A stretch of 64,000 nt of DNA. It comes from Octopus sinensis (Eukaryota). Where the stretch lies: positions 16,492,001 to 16,556,000 of the forward strand of contig NC_043016.1 of assembly GCF_006345805.1 (NCBI RefSeq). The letters are read 5' to 3'. The notes below the pieces were generated by a model. That model worked only from the letters and a program-made list of their open reading frames with translations. It was not told the DNA's origin and made no database searches. The position numbers were made by a program, and so were the translations under genes. This document shows positions 1 through 10,640 of this stretch, one piece after another; the stretch's first letter is position 1; each line of letters begins with the position of its first letter.

Positions 1-1010
1 ACATAATTATGTTGGACAAACGAGTCTCCCGTTACGTAAACGAGTAACGGTGCATAAAGAACAAATAAATCTCCCGGAATACCGACAAATTCCACTGAGT
101 GACCACTTAGACTCATGTGCTAAAGACTTAAACCCCAAATTCTATATATTCCCCTTCTACCAATGTAAAGACGGCATCACCACACAGGAGAGAATTAACA
201 AGGAGAATCTCTTTATTGAAAAATTCCAAACACAACTTAATATACAAACTCCTCGTTGATCAAACTTCCCTTTTCTACCTAACTCTTCATGGATGGACTA
301 ACACAAATATATAAGGATACCATGCATTCATCACTTCAAGCTAAAACTTATATTCTTTAAATATCATTTTTACTATTGTTGTTATTACCATCATCTTTAT
401 TATTTATGATATAACAATCTGAAATGCAATTATCTATGCAAATTTATATAATTAGAAAATAATATAAATAAAGTGTTAAAATCTGAAAGTTAAATTAACA
501 AATAATTATATAAAAAAGATAATGCAAATGAAGCTAAAATGACAATTTTATAATTTGGGGTTTATCAGCAGCTTTTATTGAAGAACTCAAAAGAGTTGTC
601 TCCCCTTATTCACAACACACACAGAAACTGAAGAACCACAATTACTACTACTTCCTGTTTTGCCAACATCCTAAATTAAACCAAACACCACATGGCCTTA
701 ATCCCTTTGGATCCTAATACCTCAAGGTAATTTTTTTCGCGAACAATCATTAAACTCAAGATACACAACGAACTCAAAATGTATCGGAGTACTTATTTTT
801 TAATTTTTATACATATTTATTATTATTCTTTTGGCAAAAAACAATGCAACTGTTTTCCCCTTTCTCATTTTTAAAAAACCTTTTCACCTAACTATTCTTG
901 ATAAGTCAAACTATGACGAAACCGGTTGAATAAATATATATTTTAATATATTTTTTATTTTCTCATTCATAAAAATTTTCTTTCAATCGAGCATTCTGCA
1001 TTTTTTACAA
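1..1010 (+). mobile_element. Penelope-like element 3' end: GIY-YIG endonuclease C-terminus (stop at 259) followed by an AT-rich pLTR
   Basis: Frame from nt 8 reads YVGQTSLPLRKRVTVHKEQI...LSDHL...ERINKENLFIEKF, which fits the YIG half and downstream R/H/E residues of PLE GIY-YIG domains. An HHR motif lies downstream, as is typical of pLTRs. Confidence 0.8.
893..932 (+). ncRNA. Minimal type I hammerhead ribozyme motif, U3-A8 core variant
   Basis: UAUUC-UUGAUAA-GUCA(aacua)UGAC-GAAA-CCGG-UU|GAAUA. Stem I has 5 bp and stem II 4 bp, both perfect; stem III is the palindrome AACCGGUU. Confidence 0.75.
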
Positions 1011-1075
1011 TTTTTCCTTGCTTATATATAATATATATAATATATATACGAGAAAGAAGCAACAAGATGGATTGG

Positions 1076-1157
<82 letters not shown>

Positions 1158-1165
1158 CACACACT

Positions 1166-1300
1166 ATATATATATCAAAAGGCTTTGGTCGGTCCGAAGC
1201 TATAGTAGAAGATACTTGATCAAGGTGCCACGCAGTGGGACTGAACTCGGAACCATGTGGTTGCTAAGCAAGCTACTTACCACACAGCCACTCCTGCATC
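1166..1300 (-). mobile_element. tRNA-derived octopus-type SINE, 5' half
   Basis: Reverse complement has the head GGAGTGGCTGTGTGGTAAGTAGCTTGC...GAGTTCAGTCCCACTGCG plus a core found many times in this window; embedded in (TA)n. Confidence 0.75.
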
Positions 1301-1315
1301 TATATATATATATAT

Positions 1316-1482
1316 TTAGAAGATAAGGGCAGAAGAAATATTCTAATGCCAAATATGTCGAAACAAAAAATTGTCGATAACCATTATAATTTATGCGTCT
1401 CGAAACAAACCGATAGAAATCTCTAAAAAATTCGTTATTACCGTATTGGTCCAATTTCGGGGTTAATTCATAAGAAATTTTC
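1316..1482 (-). mobile_element. MITE copy, truncated, inverted relative to 3451-3631
   Basis: Near-identical reverse complement of 3451-3631, lacking one terminus. Confidence 0.7.
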
Positions 1483-1655
1483 CCCTCTTCAGCGGCAAAT
1501 ACCCGAGATATAAATCAAATACTTACTCGTACCCACGGAAAAAGCAAGCACCAAGTCCCGAGCAGACTTAAGTACCCCAAATATATCCAAATAGAAAAAT
1601 CTTCGGCGCACCTCAAGACACGTGTGATTCGAACTAGAAACTTTCACAGAGTGAT

Positions 1656-3324
1656 GGATTTTTCCTTTATTACCCATAAAGGGCTACATAGAATGGACAG
1701 TACAAACATTGGGGACACAAAACATCACAATTACATAAATATGGGTAAATGAATTACGAAAATGGTAGATGAAAGTGATGCTAACGGCCCCATTCCGCTA
1801 GCATCACTTACCTGTCCTTTGTGACTTGTCATCCGATATCATACCCAATGTAAAACCCTTCGCTCTCTATTTTTCTCCTGAATTTCTCTTCCAACTCCTT
1901 CACTATCTCATCCTTTACTTTCACCTTACTCACTTCCAAGTCTTCATTTTCACATCTCTCCATAAGCTCATCCATCTGTTCCTTTGGAACCTCTGCATAT
2001 CTACAACCTTCCCTCTCACACCATTGATAGTCACTTATCATCTCTTTTGTGTCCTCTCTCCCCGCGATGCATAAAATGTTGGGCTTGGGTTCTTGTTTGG
2101 TGTCTTGTCTGTGTGCATCTTTTTTCTGTTTTCTTGTTGGTGGGAAGTGGGTGGGTTCACTGTCTGCAGGGGAAGGATGGGACTCAGAGGGTGCGGGTGG
2201 TGTTGGGGTGGATTGGGGTTCAGTACTGTTTAACTTTCTCCTTCTTCTCTTTCTTTTTTTCTTTCTTCTTCCCATTCGTTCTGGGCCTCCTCTTCTGTTG
2301 TTTCCTTCTCCACTGGATTCCGTTCTTCTTCTTTATTCTAAAACTCTCTTTGGGGTTCCAAAACAATTTCCTTTGGTGGGGGAGAGCAGTTAGCTCTTAT
2401 GTGACCTCTCAGGCCACACTTGTAACAGCGCGGGGCTCTGCCCTCCACCTACACTCTCATGATGATATTTCCCATTCTTATGTTTTCAGTTAGCCTTTCC
2501 AGCGTTTCGGCCTCCGCTTGCACGTTCATATCTAGAGTAGCACCACTCCAGCCTTCATATTTTATGGTAGCATGGAGGATGTCCACCTCTTCTTCACATC
2601 CTTTGATTACCGCTGCCGCTATCCATTCGCCTTCTATATGTGGGGGTATTCCCTCCACCCTGATTCGAGTGGTTTTCCTGTTCAAATATGAGGGTAGAAG
2701 GAATACCTTCTCCGTTTCCACTGCTTTGGCTGCCATTTTTCTTGCAACGTTTTCACTCCTAAATTGAACCATCACCGTGCCAAATTCCATGCCTCTTGTC
2801 AAATAAATAATTTCTTCCTCTGTTCTTTTCAACGCTTCTTCAATGAATTCCATGCTGACTATTTCTATTCTTTTGTTTCCGTTTGCATATACTCTGTACT
2901 TGATTGTCCTGCGATCGAACTACTCACCACGCTTTATTGGTGGTGACAATTCGGCTTCGCCGCCTTCCTTTTCTATAAATTCCTGAAAGCCTGGCAACTT
3001 GACCGGGTCTACCTCTCTTTCTCCCGACTTCTTCGTCACTCCTGCATACGTATTACCAAGCCTTTCATCCATCTTCTTCACTGCCTTTTCTAGTTCCTCT
3101 TCGGAAGTCGACAACTCCGATAAACTTTCAAACAATCCTTGTCCGACCATCGCCTCCCGTTAGGGAGGAGCAGTCCATTTTCTCCTTGTCTGTCTCAACG
3201 CAGACAGACAACAGCCAAAGACCAAAAACCGTATAACAAAACGTTCAACAATAATTCAACAATAAATAATCAGCAACTTACAGTAAACACGTGTGGTTCG
3301 AACAAGAAACTTTCACAGAGTGAT
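1656..3324 (-). mobile_element. ORF1-only Tx1/L1-like retroelement A (decayed single ORF with CCHC knuckle, no RT)
   Basis: ORF pieces 2920-3150, 2449-2853 and 1829-2275 join into one protein containing RCYKCGLRGHIRANC. The 3' UTR has AATAAA. A 38-bp near-duplication flanks it (1618-1655 and 3287-3324). Confidence 0.65.
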
Positions 3325-3450
3325 AGAATCCGGAAGTGAACACTAATCTATTTATAATTAATATAGGATAAAAAATTTTTCGAGGAAAAAAATGTTATCA
3401 ATGGCCAGCATATCAAAAAATGCCTTTAAAGGTAAAATTTATACATAATT

Positions 3451-3631
3451 TACAAGATAAGGGCAGAAAATTTCTTATGAATTAACCCCGAAATTGGACC
3501 AATACGGTAATAGCGAAATTTTTAGAGATTTCTATCGGTTTGTTTCGAGACACATAAATTATAATGGTTATCGACAATTTTTTGTTTCGGCATATTTGGC
3601 ATTAGAATATTTCTTCTGCCCTTATCTTGTA
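3451..3631 (+). mobile_element. Complete Tc1/mariner-type MITE
   Basis: TA-CAAGATAAGGGCAGAA ... TTCTGCCCTTATCTTG-TA: 16-bp TIRs with TA flanks. Confidence 0.75.
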
Positions 3632-3669
<38 letters not shown>

Positions 3670-3870
3670 ACGGAAGCTTTATGAAAATAAACAAAAGACG
3701 AAGGCAGGTGGAAGACAAACGAACAATTGTATTAGTATGGCGCTCAGGAAATATAAATAAAACAAGTCTTAACGTTTCGAGCCTACGCTCTTCAACAGAA
3801 AGATACACAGAGAGAGAAAAACACAGAAAGAAGGAGAGAAAAAAATGCGTGCAGTAGCTAACGAATCACA
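3670..3870 (-). mobile_element. Probable Penelope pLTR fragment with a non-canonical HHR-like motif (3766-3803)
   Basis: Reverse complement UCUUU-CUGUUGA-A-GAGC(guag)GCUC-GAAA-CG-UU|AAGA. The layout matches the other HHRs, but A6 is replaced by U. Confidence 0.45.
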
Positions 3871-4887
3871 TGGCGATCTATATACGTACATATATATATA
3901 TATATATATATATTAATAATAAAATATTAGGGAATAAATCCAAACTTACAGGGAAAAATCAGATTTAGGATTAAATCCAATTTTATAGTATAAATATATA
4001 TATTATATTATATATAATTAGAGATAAAACCACTATTAGGCAAATCAAACAATGAAAAACATAAGCCAATGCATAAAATTAATTTAATTTATATTATTTT
4101 AAATATATATCAAAAGTATTAAAGTTTTATAAAAGATAAGAGTAAAACACTACGATCGTTTCATGGCTGTACAATTCGAATAACAATAATTTAAATTCAA
4201 TTAATAATTCGAGTTATGGTTAATTGAAATATCTTCAGGTTAATTGAAATATCTAAAAAATAATCAGAAATATTTAAATAATATTTTAAGATATAAATAA
4301 TATAATAATTTACTTATAATAAACTCTATTATCAAACTAGAAACATAAACTTAACAATTATGATTATATCAAAATCGACTATAATGTTAAATATTAATTT
4401 TTTTATAAGGTAGGAAACCCACCAATAATCTAATATCGGTATTAATCTATATCTAATTACATAAATATTAAAAATGACTATTATATAAATTATCAATGAA
4501 AATATATAAATGTATATATATATTATAATTAAGATCTAAAATAATCTCTATAAATAAATATATATGCACATATAATAAAAACCTAATAAATTAATTTTTC
4601 ATATTTAAAGATGAAATAGCTAATTTCAAAAATACAAACAAACAAACTTAAACGAACTTACGGAGATCTTATGTAAACTACTTATAGAAATAATCAATTC
4701 GTAGTAATATAGTATCAAATAAATACTATAAATACTATAAATATAATTATCAATGGGAATAACTAGCGAATATCAATTTTAAAAGACAATAACTAAGTTA
4801 TGCTATTAAATTAGATTTGGCCTGGACCAATCTTTAGTCGAAACATATCTAAGTTTATCAAAGTTTATCAAATTTAATATATATATA

Positions 4888-5016
4888 TTACGTTATATAA
4901 TTAAGGTTCAGTAAAAAAATTTACTTTACCACACACAGAACTTTTAGCTGCTATTTCTAAAAGTTTGGTGTGTGGCAAAGTAAATTATTTTACTGAACCC
5001 TAATCATATAACGTAA
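4888..5016. repeat. About 130-bp imperfect palindrome (hairpin MITE-like)
   Basis: TTACGTTATAT..GGTTCAGTAAAA..TTTACTTTACCACAC at the left mirrors GTGTGGCAAAGTAAA..TTTTACTGAACC..ATATAACGTAA at the right. Confidence 0.7.
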
Positions 5017-5114
5017 TGTTTTAAATATACCGTAAATGGTCTTTTTACATACTGAACACTACTTGGTAAAATTATTAATTAATAATTAATTAATTTTACC
5101 AATTTATTATTGAC

Positions 5115-5129
<15 letters not shown>

Positions 5130-5151
<22 letters not shown>

Positions 5152-5370
5152 ATGTATTTTTGTATGTCTGTGTTTGTCCCCCCACCCAACATCGCTTGAC
5201 AACCGATGGTGGTGTGTTTACGTCGCCGTAATTTAGCGGTTCGGCAAAAGATATCGATAGAATAAGTACTAGGCTTACAAAGAATAAGTCCTGGGGTTGA
5301 TTTGTTCGACTAAAACGCGTTGCTCCAGCATGGCCGCAGTCAAATGACTGAAACAAGTAAAAGAGATACA
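5130..5370 (+). mobile_element. Octopus-type SINE, 3' half
   Basis: Matches the 3' half of the copies at 6255-6667 and 39270-39630. Confidence 0.7.
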
Positions 5371-5373
5371 TAC

Positions 5374-5422
<49 letters not shown>

Positions 5423-5424
5423 GC

Positions 5425-5722
5425 TAAACGTCGCCCTTTCAAGCCTAGCCAGGCTCATGGGCCCGGTTTCCCGGTTTCTATGGCATATGTGTTCCCCCCA
5501 GCCGGACAGGACGCCAGTCCTTTGCATCATTACTCAAGATGGAGTGAGAGAAAGTTGTGGCGAAAGAGTACAACAGGAGGTCGCCATCACACCATGCCGG
5601 AGCCTCGTGGAGCCTTTTTAGGTGTTTTCGCTCAATAAACACACACATCGCCCGGTCTGGGAATCGAAACCGCGATCCTCCGACTGCATGTCCGCTGCCC
5701 TAACCACTGGCCGTTGCGCTTC
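5425..5722 (-). mobile_element. Second tRNA-derived SINE family (V-domain-like tail)
   Basis: Head with an A-box-like motif and B box GGTTTCGATTCCC, and a tail GGACTGGCGTCCTGTCC. A second copy is at 7369-7672 and a 5' fragment at about 48545-48645. Confidence 0.7.
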
Positions 5723-5746
5723 CCCACACACACCACACACATATAT

Positions 5747-5781
<35 letters not shown>

Positions 5782-6159
5782 TATACATATACTATATATA
5801 TATACATACATACATACATACATACATACATACATCATATTTACAATAATATAAATACTAACTGCAAGTTTAAAAACGACGTAGTAGTAATCTCTCATTC
5901 CAAACGAACCCTGATTGGGGTGGGTATGGCTAGATTTCACCTATTTTTTTTATATTAACACAAACAAAATAAATAAAGCGTTTCGTATTTCGTTACAAAC
6001 AAACGCTATATCGCCTTGGGAATTGTTATCCAAGATCGTGTGTGTATATATGGGTGTATATGTGTGTGTGTGCGCGCGCGCGCGTGTGTAAATGTGTGTA
6101 AGCATACTTACGCACGCACGCACACCCACACACAAACCTACACACAGAGTCACACACAC

Positions 6160-6203
<44 letters not shown>

Positions 6204-6254
6204 ATTCCTGGTATCTGAAATAGGGAGCAATCAATTCCTTTTATCATCGTCATC

Positions 6255-6665
6255 GTCATCATTATTTGTTTTACTTGTTTCAGTCACTTGACTGCGGCCA
6301 TGCTGGAGCACCACCTTTAGTCGAGCAAATCGACCCCAGGACTTATTCTTTGTAAGCCTAGTACTTATTCTATCGCTTCTCTTTTGCCGAACTGCTAAGT
6401 TACGGGGACGTAAACACACTAGCATCGGTTGTCAAGCGATGTTGGGTGGGGGGACAAACACAGGCACACAAACATATACACACACATATATATACATATA
6501 TACGACAAGCTTCTTTTAGTTTCAGTCTCCCAAATCCACTCACAAGGCTTTGGTCAGCCCGAGGCTATAGGAGAAGACACATGCCCAAGGTGCCACGCAG
6601 TGGGATTGAACCCGGAACCATGTGGTTCGTAAGCAAGCTACGTACCACACAGCCACTCCTACGCC

Positions 6666-6667
<2 letters not shown>
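6255..6667 (-). mobile_element. Full-length octopus-type SINE
   Basis: Head, core, central (TA/TG)n and 3' half are all present. Confidence 0.8.
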
Positions 6668-6742
<75 letters not shown>

Positions 6743-6750
6743 TATTATTG

Positions 6751-7290
6751 AGTGAGAGAGCAGTGCATGCCATCAAAGTGACACTGGGGTAAAATACACG
6801 AAGCCCAAAATACCCATCATGAATACCCGTCTGATAAGGGTACACAGGCACATGCATCACAATCACATTTGCGCGACATGGTGATCTCATATCAAGATAA
6901 ACAGTGCATGACCTTGCGGATGGGCCCAGTTAGAATTTTCTTCAGGTTGAGTAGCCCATCCCGCTCAAATGGTCCCTGAAGAAGGTTTTTTAAGGATGTT
7001 GAAAGAACCACCCATGTTTCCAGAGGTGAATTATTCAAACCCAAAGAATCCCTCTCAACACATGGCTATGATGCTCCCCCACTACTTCTGCTCGTGATCA
7101 AGATGCACATATCGTCAGCCACTAAGGGACATGCTCACTGGTTAAGGTCAAACAACTGACAAGCAAATCTGTGATATTGAGCAGAATATTTGCTGTTAAC
7201 CCATCTTTTATACTAAGACAAAACAATGTACATGATAACACTTCCAATCAGTTAAGATCAGAAGCCATGAGAGCCACTGCCAGGTACTGC
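6751..7290. mobile_element. 540-bp non-coding insert within an (ATT)n microsatellite
   Basis: Complex sequence bracketed by long (ATT)n at about 6666-6750 and 7291-7365; no convincing ORF. Confidence 0.45.
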
Positions 7291-7321
7291 ATTATTATTA
7301 TTATTATCATTATTATCATCA

Positions 7322-7362
<41 letters not shown>

Positions 7363-7368
7363 TTATTT

Positions 7369-7672
7369 ATGCGCCCTTTTCAAGCCTAGCCAGGCTCATG
7401 GGCCCGGTTTCCCGGTTTCTGTGACGTATGTGTTCCCCCCAGCTGGACGGGTCGCCAGTCCATCGCAGCGTCACTCAATAAACGGGAAAAAAAAGTGAGA
7501 TAAAGTTGAGGCGAAAGAGTACAACAGGGGTCGCCACCATCCCCTGCCGGAGCCTCGTGGAGCTTTTAGGTGCTTTCACTCAATAAACATACACAACGCC
7601 CGGTCTGGGAATCGAAACCGCGATCCTCCAACCGCGAGTCCGCTGCCCTAACCACTGGGCTATTGCGCCCCC
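7369..7672 (-). mobile_element. Second SINE family copy
   Basis: Homologous to 5425-5722 along its length. Confidence 0.7.
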
Positions 7673-9115
7673 CATTATTATTATTAATAATATCACTATT
7701 ATTATTTAAAAGTAGTTTTGCTTCGGCCGTATGCGACTTAAGACTTTCATACGCTCCTTATACGGAAACGTCCATTCTTAACACAACCAAACTTTCTTAC
7801 CACGACCACCCCCTATCACTACGTTTACATCGCCAAAAAATATTTCATCTCTACGTAATAATCCCTCGCAAATTTCACAAAAATAAACTCACCCACCCAC
7901 CGCAACCGCCTTGGGTCTTATCGCTGAAAATCTCTGTGAAAAACAAACAAATATTTTCATTGCATTCTTTTACGAGAAAACGAACAAACAATTTTCTCTT
8001 TTATTCAACAATTAAGTTTTTAAAATCCTTAATATATTTAAATTCCTCCAACGTGGGTTATCTGCGCAGATCAGAACAAAATCTCAAATATTTAATCATT
8101 TTGCGATCTTTGCGTATGTTTTCCTCGTGTTATCTGTTCAAAGTATATCTTTGTTTTCGACGAAAGATACTTGAGGTTAATACAGGAAAACAACTCAAAT
8201 ATTTTTTCTTATTTATCAAGTATTACGTTTGACTAATGTGGGCGTTTGTGATCATTCTGTAGTGAATCTTGCATGCATGAAGTGGATTCGATCCACCACA
8301 GTCAAATTTAAATTAACACTGCAACAGAACTTTTCCCACGGTGGAACAGGGTTTTTTTTCTCTGACAGCAGTTTTACATTTTCCAGATGCCTTTAGCTAG
8401 GCCGAATAATGCCTTCCCCACCACTTGACACCTTTCTAACCTCTTCTATACTTCACCAAAAGCTAGAATAGAGATAACAAGACCACCAACTAAATCTATT
8501 GTTCTCAATGATATATCTATCCTTCTGGATCTTAATAAAAGCAAGCACATCTCAAGCAAAAATCAGTCAGTCACCACTCTGTGATGACTCAACGTGGTCT
8601 GGCTGACCAACATTGGTCAGAGGGAGAAATGAAGTTTACTGCCAGCAACTGTCAGACAACACTCTACAATTCTTTCTAGCTCTAATTCTGTTCTCTTACA
8701 ACATCATTCTCTCTCTGTGTTTACTACTAAACAATGAAGAGGACACAAACACAAACTTTACTTTGCATGCTTTTGGATGTATCAAAACCTGCCCATCGAG
8801 ACAAGGTATTTATAACGTAACGGTAAATAAATACTTTCTTAAAACTTCATGCATTATTCATCTTTCTCATCTTACAACATGCAATTATGACAACAAAACT
8901 CTTATCGTCACAACAACTGACTACGACATCATCAATATCATATTGTTTACAAATCAATTTCTCCCGTTTCAACTAAAATTCGATACCGTTACAATTCCAT
9001 GCTGACATGGTTTGGACGGTTTGATAATAACTGGTCTACAGGCACGCACGATTAAGAATGCTCAGTTGGAGACGGTTGCAAGCGACGAGTCTATATGCAA
9101 GGGCAACTACATTTT

Positions 9116-10312
9116 TATCAGGTCATCCCATAAGTTCTGTCCGAATTTTGAATACAGAAAACAAGAGATCAAATGTTATATTTAATTGAAAGTTAATCAT
9201 CAATTAACTTTCCCTGATTATCTATGACTTCCTTCCATCTATTTACAAGCTTTTTAATTCCAACAATGTAAAATTCTTTTGGTTTTAAAGCGAAGAACTC
9301 TGAAATGTCAGTTTTGACCTCGTCCTTGCTTGCGAAAATTATGCCCCCCAAATGATTCTGTAAACTACGAAACAAATGGTAGTCTGAAGGAGAAAGGTTA
9401 GGAGAATAAGGTATAAGGTAGATGAGGAATTTTTCCCAACCAAGCTCTTCGATCTTCTGTGATGTGATCTTTGCACTGTGGGGTCGCGCATTGTCCTGAT
9501 GAAGCATCAATCCTTTTCGATTCACTAAAGTGGGTCCTTATTTCTTCAACGCCTGGTTCAAACTCTCTAATTGCTGACAGTAGACTTGAGCATTGATTGT
9601 TGCATTAGGTGGTAACAATTCAGAGTGAATTACTCCTTTGTAATCCCACCAGATAGAGAGAAGAACCTTTTTCCCATGAAGTTCCCTTCTCGGTTGTGGT
9701 TGCGCTTTTTCCCTTTTACCAAGCCACTGTTTACGACGTTTAACATTTCGATAGAAGATCCATTTTTCTTCACCAGTCACAATTCTATCCAAAAAGGGTG
9801 AAATGAGTTGGCGAGAATTGAGAGAAGAGCAGATGTCAACTCGGGATTTGCAGTTGCTTTCGGACAATTCATGAGGCACACATTTTCCAAGATTAGGAAC
9901 CTTTCCAAGTTGTTGAAGATGACGATGAACAGTTGTATGGTTTGAACTAAGATTTATTGTCAATTCTTCAACTGATAATTCAGGATTTTCTTTAAGTAAT
10001 GCCTCAAGGAGCTTATCATCTAACTCAACTGAACGTCCTGTTCGATCTTCATCTTCAAGGCTGAAATCTCTACTTCTGAATTTTGCAAACCATCTTCTGC
10101 AAGTTCTTTCATTCAAGCATTCTTTCCCATAAACTGAGTGTATGTTTCGAGTCGCTTCGACTGCAGAGTTTCTATTTTTGTACTCATAAAGCATTATGTG
10201 CCTTAAATACACTTTGGATACTTCCATGTTAGAAAGGGTTTTAATCAAAGAAATTTTAATTCTATTATTCTGTAAAATATTTCATTAGTTTAAATGTACA
10301 CAAACGCATAAA
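9116..10312 (-). mobile_element. Mariner transposon, 5' TIR lost
   Basis: TA plus TIR TCAGGTCATCCCATAAGTTCTGTCCG at 9116. The same TIR appears at 30130 and 49860. Confidence 0.9.
9193..10227 (-). pseudogene. Mariner DD34D transposase pseudogene, near full length
   Basis: CVPHEL (WVPHEL-like), HQDNARPH and YSPNLSPSDY motifs. One in-frame TAA at 9538-9540, and the first catalytic D reads E (GEEKW). Confidence 0.9.
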
Positions 10313-10640
10313 CAGGTATAATTACCAATACAGGTATATGTATCATACATCAAAATGAAGCTGGTCCTCTGTGGATCACATCCCTACTTCGCAACACAGT
10401 CACCATTTCTCTCAATAGCAAATGTTTGCCTCCCAAACCCTCTTTCGTGGGGCCAAAGAGATGATAGTCTGAAGGCGCTAAAATAAGCTGGTCCTCTGTG
10501 GATCACATCCCTATTTCTCAACATAGTCACCATTTCTCTCAAAAGCAATGTTCCACCTTCGAATGAGAGCATGTGCGAGGGTGAGTCAAAAAGTAATGCC
10601 ATTTTGTTTAGGACAGGTATAATTACCAACACAGGAACGT
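10312..10640 (+). repeat. Tandem units derived from a mariner-type end (CGAGGGTGAGTCAAAAAGTAATGCC...)
   Basis: The same unit recurs at 31209-31565 and about 61385-61510. Confidence 0.6.

Noticed and set aside
1316-3631. Composite transposon formed by two inverted MITE copies
   Set aside because: The left copy is truncated, no shared outer TSD is evident, and chance proximity of an abundant MITE is sufficient.
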